This document shows, piece after piece, positions 9,022 to 16,696 of a DNA stretch of 36,250 nucleotides; position 1 is the stretch's first letter; each line of letters opens with the position of its first letter. The DNA is taken from contig CAZQOH010000001.1 in NCBI GenBank assembly GCA_964594355.1, forward strand, positions 1 to 36,250, written 5' to 3'. A program made the position numbers and the translations under genes. This DNA comes from an uncultured Desulfobacterales bacterium (GTDB lineage: Bacteria > Desulfobacterota > Desulfobacteria > Desulfobacterales > JAUVVS01). The notes beneath the pieces were generated by a model. It was not told the origin of the DNA. It ran no database searches and saw only the letters and a program-made list of their open reading frames with translations.

Positions 9022-11382
9022 TCAAAAAGCCTCATACTCCGTCCTGGCTATTATCTCTTCCTGATGATCAATGTCCAAATCTACAAAATAGTCACTATAC
9101 CCTGCGACGCGAACAAGCAAATCACGATACTCCTCAGGAGCCTCCTGGGCTTTTCGGAGAGTAGAAGTATCGACAACATTAAATTGAATATGATGGCCGT
9201 TAAGTCTAAAATAAGCACGCATGAGATGCGCTAATTTTTCTATACCTTCTTTCCCTTCAAGAACGCTGGGTAAAAACCTCTGATTCAGAAGCGTACCACC
9301 CGATTTTACATGATCCATCTTCCCAAGAGATTTTATTACGGCTGTAGGGCCATTACGGTCAGCACCGTGAGATGGAGAAGTACCGTCAGATATAGGCATG
9401 CCTGCAAACCTGCCGTTAGCAGAAGCTCCCAGAACCTGTCCAAAATAGATATGGCAGGTGGTAGAAAGCATATTCAAGTGATATTGACTTCCCTTTGTAT
9501 TCGGTTTACCGTCAATAGCTTCAAATAAGGAGGCATATACTCTCTGCATGATAGAATCCGCATAATCATCATCATTACCATAAAACGGAGTCTTATTAAA
9601 AAGACGAAGACGGAGTGCTTCTTTGTCCTTAAAGTTTTTGTCCAGAGCATCCAGTAAATACTCCATGGTAATATTCTTATCTTCAAATACATGTTTCTTT
9701 ATAGCTGAAAGACTATCTGTAATTGTACCAATTCCACAGCACTGTATGTAATTCGTATTATACCGCGGGCCGGCATTATAATAATCTTTACCATTTTTAA
9801 TACAATCGCTAATAACAACGGAAAGGAAAGGAGCAGGCATATATGTCGCAAACATCCTCTCAATATAATTGTTTACCTTTATTTTAAGGTCAACAAAATA
9901 ATGGAGCTGTATGGAAAAGGCTTCATATAGGTCATCAAAACTCTTAAACTCCCTTGGATCCCCGGTCTCAGGCCCAATCTTTTTGTTCGTCACTGAATCA
10001 ACGCCGTTTGTAAGCGCAATTTCAAGGATTTTAGGAATATTAAAGTAGCCGGTCAGAATGTAGGCTTCCTTCCCAAAACTTCCGGTTTCGATACACCCGC
10101 TACAACCGCCCTCACGGGCATCTTCCAGGGTCTTTCCAACCCGAACCTGTTCCATAACAACCTCATCGGCATTAAAAACCGAAGGGTATCCATATCCCTT
10201 ACGGATCACACGGATAGCGGCTTTTAAAAAACGATCCGGCGTCTTATGACTGATCTGTATGTTACTTCCCGGTTGAAGAAGATGCATTTCATCAATAACT
10301 TCCAATATGATATAAGAGATTTCATTAACACCATCTGAACCATCACGTTTCATACCACCGAGGTTAATATTCGTAAAATCGTTATAAGTACCGCTTTCTC
10401 GAGCAGTAACACCCACTTTTGGAGGAGCGGGTTGGTTATTAACCTTTACCCAAAAACATTCAATAAGCTCTTTGGCCTTCTCCCGATCCATTGTTCCATC
10501 GGCCAGACCTTTTTCATAGAAGGGATAAAGATGGTGATCCATATGACCCGGGTTCATGGCATCCCATCCATTCAGCTCAGTGATGGTGCCCAGGTGAACA
10601 AACCAATACATTTGGATCGCTTCCCAGAGGTCGCGGGGTGCACGGGCAGGAACCCGGTGACAATTTGATGCAATTCTCTCAAGTTCAGATTTTCTCTGCT
10701 CATCAGTTTCTTTCTCAGCCATTTTTTCTGCCAAATCTGCATGACGTTCGGCAAAGATGATGGCAGCGTCACAGGAGATATCCATACCCTTTAATTCTTC
10801 AGCTTTAGCCGAAGCCTCCGGATCATTAAGATAATCAAGCTTTGCCAGACTTTCAGCTATTTCCACCTTGAAATCAAGCATACCTTTTTTGTAAAGAATA
10901 TTGTCAAGCGTTGTATGACCCGGTGCACGCTGCTCCATAAATTCAGTAAACATACCAGCCTTATATGCGGCCATCCATTCCCCAGGAGCAATACTGAATA
11001 GTCTATCCCGCATGGTCCTATTACGCCAGTATGGAATAACTTTATCTTTATAGATTTCAATGACCTCATTCGAAACCGTATATCTTGTCATATCTCTTGT
11101 GTTTAAGATTTGAAAATCTTTAACCGTATGACAGGTTAATTCCGGAAATGTTGGAACGGCTTTGGGAAAAGGACCGCGCTCTCCAACGATAAGTTCATCT
11201 TCACCAATAAAAATCGTCTTTTTTTCGCAAAGATTTTTAAAATTCAACGCCCTAAGAACAGGAAAAGAATATTTACCATAATTTTCCTTATAAAACTCAG
11301 TTACAAGCAAGGCACGTTCTGCGGAAATACTCGGCTCGATTTCAAAGCTTGCCTTTCGTAGCCTTGCGACTCTTTTGTTCAT
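9022..11382 (-). CDS. hypD: Glycyl radical enzyme of the dehydratase/eliminase class, probably trans-4-hydroxy-L-proline dehydratase
   Basis: 786-aa ORF with AGGAGG upstream of the ATG. It carries the glycyl-radical motif LVRVAGYSDYF (Gly761) and the thiyl loop GGCSGCIETG (Cys430, Glu432). His156, Asp274, Ser330, Phe336, Tyr446 and Thr641 lie at a constant -4 offset from the C. difficile HypD contact residues as I recall them. The activase gene ends 5 nt upstream. Confidence 0.72.
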   Translation of the reverse strand: MNKRVARLRKASFEIEPSISAERALLVTEFYKENYGKYSFPVLRALNFKNLCEKKTIFIGEDELIVGERGPFPKAVPTFPELTCHTVKDFQILNTRDMTRYTVSNEVIEIYKDKVIPYWRNRTMRDRLFSIAPGEWMAAYKAGMFTEFMEQRAPGHTTLDNILYKKGMLDFKVEIAESLAKLDYLNDPEASAKAEELKGMDISCDAAIIFAERHADLAEKMAEKETDEQRKSELERIASNCHRVPARAPRDLWEAIQMYWFVHLGTITELNGWDAMNPGHMDHHLYPFYEKGLADGTMDREKAKELIECFWVKVNNQPAPPKVGVTARESGTYNDFTNINLGGMKRDGSDGVNEISYIILEVIDEMHLLQPGSNIQISHKTPDRFLKAAIRVIRKGYGYPSVFNADEVVMEQVRVGKTLEDAREGGCSGCIETGSFGKEAYILTGYFNIPKILEIALTNGVDSVTNKKIGPETGDPREFKSFDDLYEAFSIQLHYFVDLKIKVNNYIERMFATYMPAPFLSVVISDCIKNGKDYYNAGPRYNTNYIQCCGIGTITDSLSAIKKHVFEDKNITMEYLLDALDKNFKDKEALRLRLFNKTPFYGNDDDYADSIMQRVYASLFEAIDGKPNTKGSQYHLNMLSTTCHIYFGQVLGASANGRFAGMPISDGTSPSHGADRNGPTAVIKSLGKMDHVKSGGTLLNQRFLPSVLEGKEGIEKLAHLMRAYFRLNGHHIQFNVVDTSTLRKAQEAPEEYRDLLVRVAGYSDYFVDLDIDHQEEIIARTEYEAF

Positions 11383-11387
11383 TGTTG

Positions 11388-12293
11388 TTAGCCTCCTATT
11401 TTAACTTTCAATCCATATTTTCTCAGTCGTTTCTTAATTGACTTCAGATCATTCTCGGAAGAGGGCGAAACATTTTTCAAAAGATATTTTACACCAATTT
11501 TTTTATACTTTGCTATAGCCGAATCATGATATTTTAATAAATTTACATTGGAGACACCAGGAAGAGAGGATATAAAAGACCCTGTACGATCAATGTTTTC
11601 ATTATCATTGTTAAATCCGGGGATAACAGGAATACGTACTTTTATATTTGCACCACGCCCGGCGAGTAGTTCAAGGTTGCTGAGAATCTGTTCATTTGAA
11701 ACGCCTGTATACTTTTTATGTTTTTCCGAGTCCATGTGTTTCACATCATAGATGAAAAGTTCCGTGTGTTCTGCAACGCTCATGAGTATCTTTGCATCTG
11801 CATAACCTGAAGTATCAACTGTCCTGTGGATTTCAAGCTTTCCGCTGGCATCGAGAAGCTCCAGAAGAAAACCGGATTGCATCAAAGGCTCACCACCGGA
11901 AAAAGTGACACCACCATTTGACTCATCATAAAAGATAATATCCCTTTCAATTTTCCGGACAACATCATCAACAGTACTAGTCTTTCCTATAAACTCAACA
12001 GCTTCCGAAGGGCAGGCTTGTGCACAAGTTCTGCACTTGATACATTTGGATTGATCCGTAACCACCCCCCTTGACGAAAGAGAATTCGCTTTCTGAGGAC
12101 AGACCTTGATACATTCTTCGCATCCGATACATCGTTCTTTTATATAAAATCGCTGGGCCGACATTGTCAGACCCTCGGGATTGTGACACCACCAACATGA
12201 AAGCGGACAACCTTTAAAAAAAACAGTCGTCCTGATACCCGGCCCGTCATGGATGGCATATTTTTTTATATTAAAAATTACACCTTTCTCCAT
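11388..12293 (-). CDS. Glycyl-radical enzyme activating protein (radical SAM)
   Basis: 301-aa ORF. It has the N-terminal CX3CX2C cluster (CPLSCWWCHNPE) plus two ferredoxin-type motifs (CIGCEECIKVCP, CIKCRTCAQACP). This is typical for activases of non-PFL glycyl radical enzymes. Confidence 0.9.
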   Translation of the reverse strand: MEKGVIFNIKKYAIHDGPGIRTTVFFKGCPLSCWWCHNPEGLTMSAQRFYIKERCIGCEECIKVCPQKANSLSSRGVVTDQSKCIKCRTCAQACPSEAVEFIGKTSTVDDVVRKIERDIIFYDESNGGVTFSGGEPLMQSGFLLELLDASGKLEIHRTVDTSGYADAKILMSVAEHTELFIYDVKHMDSEKHKKYTGVSNEQILSNLELLAGRGANIKVRIPVIPGFNNDNENIDRTGSFISSLPGVSNVNLLKYHDSAIAKYKKIGVKYLLKNVSPSSENDLKSIKKRLRKYGLKVKIGG

Positions 12294-12301
12294 CTGGTCC
12301 T

Positions 12302-12432
12302 AACCCGCATTTCTCATGAAGAATTTATCCTATGATTAATAACACAAAAATTAACTATAATATCATTTAAATACATTGATTATAAATTTTCATATAGATG
12401 AACATATAAATTCTTCATGAAAAAAGCGGGTT
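12302..12432. promoter_or_regulatory. 27-bp inverted repeat pair (2 mismatches) bracketing 77 bp of AT-rich DNA just upstream of the activase/GRE operon
   Basis: aacccgcatttctcatgaagaatttat (12302-12328) compares with the reverse complement of 12406-12432, aacccgcttttttcatgaagaatttat. The proximal arm ends 8 nt before the activase ATG (12293). Confidence 0.8.
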
Positions 12433-12489
12433 AAAGACTCCTTGTTTACAGATGGTTTCTATCTGAAAATGCTCTAAAGAGCAAGAATA

Positions 12490-12800
12490 TTGTGGGGGAA
12501 ATGCGGAGTGAGGTGGACAGGATGGTCGTAGTGCAACGGACTTGTGCGCCTCAGGCGTAGATCCCGCATGAGCGGAGTTGGAGCGAAGCGGCCTCCGGCT
12601 CGGAGAGAAATAACAAATTACAAGCACCAAATTACAAATAAATCCCAAGTTACAATATCCAAAACTCAAATAAGATCCAAAACTAATTGTTTGGAATTTT
12701 GAATTTTAGTCATTGTGATTTGTTTGGTATTTGTCTTTTGGTTATTGTGATTTATTTGGTGTTTGTTATTTTTCTTTTGTTTTTTGGTATAAAAACGTAA
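12490..12800. repeat. Long imperfect palindromic element (GC-rich flank + AT-rich heptamer-like arms)
   Basis: The arms pair, for example aaataacaaa (12608-12617) with tttgttattt (12762-12771). The core gaattttagtcattgtgatttgtttgg (12701-12727) matches 15749-15776 at about 22 of 27 positions. The flank block cctccggctcggagagaaataac resembles ttccggcgagaaatac at 15578-15593. Confidence 0.65.
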
Positions 12801-12828
12801 AAAATCAGATATAAGGCACTAGCAGGTT

Positions 12829-13797
12829 CTACCAAATGTATTTTTTAAATCCTGCTAAACCTTTTGGTGCATAAAGCATAATGCTTATTAAAAGCGCCCC
12901 GAAAAGTACCAGTCGCCAGGCAGCCAGCTCTCTGAAATATTCCTGAAACCCTATAAGAAGAAAAGCCGCAACAATAGAACCCCAAAGTGTTCCTCTTCCT
13001 CCAACATAGGCCATTGTCAAAATCTCTACAGTTCTTGGAACCCCGAATTCGGTTGCATCAGGAGTAAGGATACCAATGTAGTGGGCGTAAAAGGCTCCTA
13101 TAACACCTGTAAAAAAACAGGCTGTAGTAAAATTGATAAGTTTGTATTTAGTGGCACTTAGGCCTAACGTCTCAGTGGCAAGTTGATCTTCTCGTATGGC
13201 CTTGAAGGAGAGTCCTATTTTTGAGTTGACCATAAGAAAGGCGATTGTAAAGCTAATAATAACGAGAAGTAAAAGCAGATAATAGTAAGGTAGAAGCTCC
13301 GCTCGAGAATAGTTTAATCCAAAAATGTCGGGTATGGGTTTGACGGCCAGACCCAACATTCCTCGTGTATATCCCGGGGTGTTTGATATGGTCAGTCGCA
13401 GCACCTCGGCTACAAACCAGGTAGCAAGACCCACAAAGATCCCCCTCAGTCTGAGAGTAACCAGTCCCGTTAAAAATCCCAAAATCCCTGAAGCTATACC
13501 ACCGATAAGTAAACCGTACCAGGGATTTATCTCATAGTGAAATGCCGCAAGGGCAGATCCATAGGCACCGGCACATATAAATCCGGAAAAACCGAAATTA
13601 TAAAGTCCTGCGTAGCCGATCTGAAGATCATACATTACTCCCCATATGCCAAACATCAGGGCAGAAATAAAGACCGTGGTAATAAAGCGATTCTCCCGCC
13701 ATATTAGAGGGACCAGGATGAGAAAAGCCAAAACAAGGGATAGTTTAATATAGCGAGAAGCGTTCATTCCCTTTTGGGGACTTCCTAAGAAACTCAT
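12829..13797 (-). CDS. Branched-chain-amino-acid-type ABC transporter permease (LivM-like)
   Basis: Polytopic hydrophobic ORF. The long track version (to 13884) overlaps the upstream permease by 91 nt. The ATG at 13797 forms an ATGA start/stop overlap with the LivH-like stop, so I prefer it. Confidence 0.85.
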   Translation of the reverse strand: MSFLGSPQKGMNASRYIKLSLVLAFLILVPLIWRENRFITTVFISALMFGIWGVMYDLQIGYAGLYNFGFSGFICAGAYGSALAAFHYEINPWYGLLIGGIASGILGFLTGLVTLRLRGIFVGLATWFVAEVLRLTISNTPGYTRGMLGLAVKPIPDIFGLNYSRAELLPYYYLLLLLVIISFTIAFLMVNSKIGLSFKAIREDQLATETLGLSATKYKLINFTTACFFTGVIGAFYAHYIGILTPDATEFGVPRTVEILTMAYVGGRGTLWGSIVAAFLLIGFQEYFRELAAWRLVLFGALLISIMLYAPKGLAGFKKYIW

Positions 13798-14681
13798 GGT
13801 CGTTCTCCTGCCGATGCAAAGAGTCCCTCTGGTTTGAATACGAGAACCGCGATAACAATAGAAAAAACAATTACGTTCTGCCAACCTCCCGCGAGATAGA
13901 ACATGGCAAAAGCCTCAAGAAGCCCAACAAGGATACCGGCCGCAAAGGCCCCTTTTATGTTTCCAAGGCCGCCAAGGATGACGACCACAAAACTCTTCAG
14001 AACCGGTCCCATTCCGGCATTGGGATTGGCAGGGTAAAGAGTGATAAGAAGGGCTCCTGAGATTCCTGCCAGAGCCGCCCCAATCCCAAAGGCGATGGAG
14101 TACATTAGACCGGAATCAATACCAAGGGTCTGGGCTGCCTCCGAATGCTGAGATGTTGCCCGAATGGCCTTGCCTAAACTGGTATATTTAATAAAAGACC
14201 AGAGTAGTCCCACTGTCAGAGTGGCCAGACCCAGAATCGTCAGGTGATCATAAATAAAGACAACCTCCTTTATGACCAGCCGGCCGGCCACAAGATTGGG
14301 AATTCCTCTCTGAATGGCGCCGAAGATTATCAGGGCCAGATTTTGAAACATCACCATAAGGCCAATGGTCAGCACAAAGGAATCCATGAGCCATTCTCGG
14401 CCGGCTTTTTTGCGTAGCGGGGAAATTAGGCCCTTCTCAAGAATGAAGCCTACGATCAAAAGACCTGCACCAGAGGCGATAATGCCCAAAGGAAAAGGAA
14501 TACCCAGCATTGCGGTAATGAAATACATGATGTAGCAGCCGATCATAAAAAGCTCTCCATGGGCAAAGTTGACAATCCCCATAATACCAAAGATCAGCGA
14601 CAGACCAACTCCCATGAGCGCATACATCGCTCCCCTCACCAGACCGAGTACAAAAAGCTGCGTAAAAATACTGAAATCCAT
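13794..14681 (-). CDS. Branched-chain-amino-acid-type ABC transporter permease (LivH-like)
   Basis: 295-aa polytopic membrane ORF with the LivH-like N-terminus LVLGLVRGAMYALMGVGLSLIFG. Confidence 0.88.
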   Translation of the reverse strand: MDFSIFTQLFVLGLVRGAMYALMGVGLSLIFGIMGIVNFAHGELFMIGCYIMYFITAMLGIPFPLGIIASGAGLLIVGFILEKGLISPLRKKAGREWLMDSFVLTIGLMVMFQNLALIIFGAIQRGIPNLVAGRLVIKEVVFIYDHLTILGLATLTVGLLWSFIKYTSLGKAIRATSQHSEAAQTLGIDSGLMYSIAFGIGAALAGISGALLITLYPANPNAGMGPVLKSFVVVILGGLGNIKGAFAAGILVGLLEAFAMFYLAGGWQNVIVFSIVIAVLVFKPEGLFASAGERP

Positions 14682-14774
14682 ATTTTATATCCCTTTGGAA
14701 TTGACTATTAGATTGATAATTGTCTATCAAATATCTAAGAAAAACCTGATAAGATATAAATAAAATAATTAATT

Positions 14775-14816
14775 ATTCAATCTTCAATATTCAATCTTCA
14801 ATATTCAATGTTAAAT
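14775..14816. repeat. Heptanucleotide tract (ATTCAAT/CTTCAAT) x6
   Basis: attcaat cttcaat attcaat cttcaat attcaat gttaaat. It overlaps the LivF-like stop codon (14811-14813) and lies in the gap before the LivH-like start. Confidence 0.9.
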
Positions 14817-15521
14817 CCATTCCTTAATAACATCTTCGATCGTATCAACAAACTTTTCTTTGGGACCGTGGTGACTGTTCTGTCCCAACCGAAGTACATA
14901 TATATAATCAGCCACATCCACGCACTTATGGACCTTCTGATCTACAATAAGAATGGTGAATCCTTTTTCCTTAAGCTTGACGATCTCTTCATAAACAGAG
15001 TCAACCAGCTTGGGCATCAACCCAACAGAGGGCTCGTCGATCAAGATGGTTCGGGGCTTTGTCATGGTGAGACGGGCAATCTCAAGTGTTCGCTGCTCGC
15101 CACCTGACAGGACCCCGGCCAATGCCTTTCTCTTCTCTTTTAAAACAGGATATCGATCAAAAACATCTTCCAAGGCAACCTGAAGAGCTTCCCGGTCACG
15201 CTTTATTATCCACCCTCCAAGCTCAAGATTTTCCTCAACAGTCATTGTCGGAAAGACGCTGTGCCCCTGAATGAGATGGGCAATGCCCTGACCCAGCATT
15301 TTATCAGGCTTAAGCCCCTTGATAGATTCACCATGGTGAAAAATGTCCCCTTCGCTGGGATATAGGTACCCGTATATAGTCTTGAGAAGTGTTGATTTTC
15401 CCGCTCCATTAGGACCGATGATGCCTGTGAGGGATCCTTCCTCCGCGACAACACTCACATCATTTAGAATGGAAACTTCTTTTACATAGCCTGAAGTGAT
15501 ATTTTTAATCTCAAGAGTCAT
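14811..15521 (-). CDS. ABC transporter ATP-binding protein (LivF-like)
   Basis: 236 aa. Walker A GPNGAGKST, signature LSGGEQ and Walker B ILIDEPS. Confidence 0.88.
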   Translation of the reverse strand: MTLEIKNITSGYVKEVSILNDVSVVAEEGSLTGIIGPNGAGKSTLLKTIYGYLYPSEGDIFHHGESIKGLKPDKMLGQGIAHLIQGHSVFPTMTVEENLELGGWIIKRDREALQVALEDVFDRYPVLKEKRKALAGVLSGGEQRTLEIARLTMTKPRTILIDEPSVGLMPKLVDSVYEEIVKLKEKGFTILIVDQKVHKCVDVADYIYVLRLGQNSHHGPKEKFVDTIEDVIKEWI

Positions 15522-15892
15522 AATTAGTTTGATTTAAACCCACCACTTCCAGTGGTGGACCCGAAAAGGTTCTACCGTTCCGGCGAGAAATACGGTGCAA
15601 AGCACGAAATACGAATTTCGAAATTCGAAACAAATCCGAAATTGTAATGTTCAAATGACAAAAACAAAGTCAAAAATAGGCCTAAAGAGTCTCAATATAG
15701 CTAGCTTTTTGGTATGTTGGACATAGCCCAATTTTTGTTTAATATTTCGAATTTTGGTCATTCGAATTTGTTTCGGATTTCGTGCTTCGAGTTTCGAATT
15801 TAGGTTCCAAAGCGCTTTTTCCCCCTTCAAGGGGGCTATCTGAGGCCTCCTGCTCTACGAGAGGAGCACTCACTTCTATCGCCGTTCATTTA
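15522..15892. repeat. Long imperfect palindromic element filling the whole LivG-like/LivF-like intercistronic gap
   Basis: aagcacgaaat (15600-15610) pairs with atttcgtgctt (15777-15787). Both arms carry heptamer-like units built on tcgaa, ccgaa and related cores. The terminal hairpins are ccaccact-tcc-agtggtgg (15540-15558) and ccccc-ttcaa-ggggg (15821-15835). Confidence 0.72.
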
Positions 15893-16606
15893 TCAACGGC
15901 CCAGATAGGCGTCAATGACTGATGGGTCATGACGAACCTTATCAGATTCCCCTTCGGCAATAGTCTTTCCGGCCGAAAGGACAGTCAGGTTCTTACACAG
16001 TTTCATGACCGATGGAATGTCGTGGCTGATAAGAAGGAAAGTCTTTGACTGTGTTTTATTCAGCTCAAAAGTGATCTCTATCAACCGATCAATCAAGGCA
16101 GGGTTGACACCGGCAAAAGGTTCATCCATAAGAACTACCTCGGGGTCCGCCATCATGGTCCGCATAAATTCAAGAAGCTTCTTCTGTCCGCCGGAGATTT
16201 CAACACCTAATTGATCCCGCAAATGGGTGAGATCTGCCATCTCTAAAAGCTCCAGCGCCTTTTTCTCTCCTTCCCTTTTTGAAATGTGTCTGGGAATAAT
16301 AGGAACCATCATGTTGTCCATGAGGGTCATTTCATTAAAGACTCGGGGAACCTGAAAGGTTCGGCCAATACCCATATGAGCAATTTTATTTGGCTTGCTG
16401 TTAGTAATTTCACGGCCCTTGAACAAAATCGTCCCCTTCTCAGCAGTGTAAACGCTGTTGATTACATTGAACATGGTAGTTTTGCCTGCCCCGTTAGGCC
16501 CGATGACGCCGTGAATCTTTCCCTCTTCAACACTCAAAGAGACGCCATCCAAAGCTGGAATGCCACCAAAGTGTTTAAAAACATCATGAACTTCCAATAA
16601 TGCCAT
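15893..16606 (-). CDS. ABC transporter ATP-binding protein (LivG-like)
   Basis: 237 aa. Walker A GPNGAGKTT, signature ISGGQKK and Walker B VLMDEPFAG. Confidence 0.88.
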   Translation of the reverse strand: MALLEVHDVFKHFGGIPALDGVSLSVEEGKIHGVIGPNGAGKTTMFNVINSVYTAEKGTILFKGREITNSKPNKIAHMGIGRTFQVPRVFNEMTLMDNMMVPIIPRHISKREGEKKALELLEMADLTHLRDQLGVEISGGQKKLLEFMRTMMADPEVVLMDEPFAGVNPALIDRLIEITFELNKTQSKTFLLISHDIPSVMKLCKNLTVLSAGKTIAEGESDKVRHDPSVIDAYLGR

Positions 16607-16622
16607 TGTGAAACCCTAAAGA

Positions 16623-16653
16623 ATTCACAAGCCCCTTTTGGGGGCTTGTGAAT
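16623..16653 (-). terminator. Strong intercistronic hairpin after the binding-protein gene (possible attenuator or mRNA-stabilising stem)
   Basis: attcacaagcccc (16623-16635) and ggggcttgtgaat (16641-16653) form a 13-bp perfect stem with a 5-nt loop. It lies between the SBP stop (16697) and the LivG-like start (16606). Only a weak T-rich tail (ttcttt) follows on the minus strand. Confidence 0.5.
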
Positions 16654-16696
16654 GGTTTGTTATTTATATTGTCGAACGATAATGAAAGAGTCAAGT

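Noticed and set aside
12415-12669. Minus-strand 84-aa ORF (MSFGYCNLGF...)
   Set aside because: It lies entirely inside the palindromic repeat element and its GC-rich flank. The peptide is low-complexity, there is no RBS, and it resembles no protein family.
13798-13884. N-terminal 29-aa extension of the LivM-like permease in the ORF track
   Set aside because: It would overlap the LivH-like gene by 91 nt. The ATGA overlap start at 13797 is the standard coupled arrangement.
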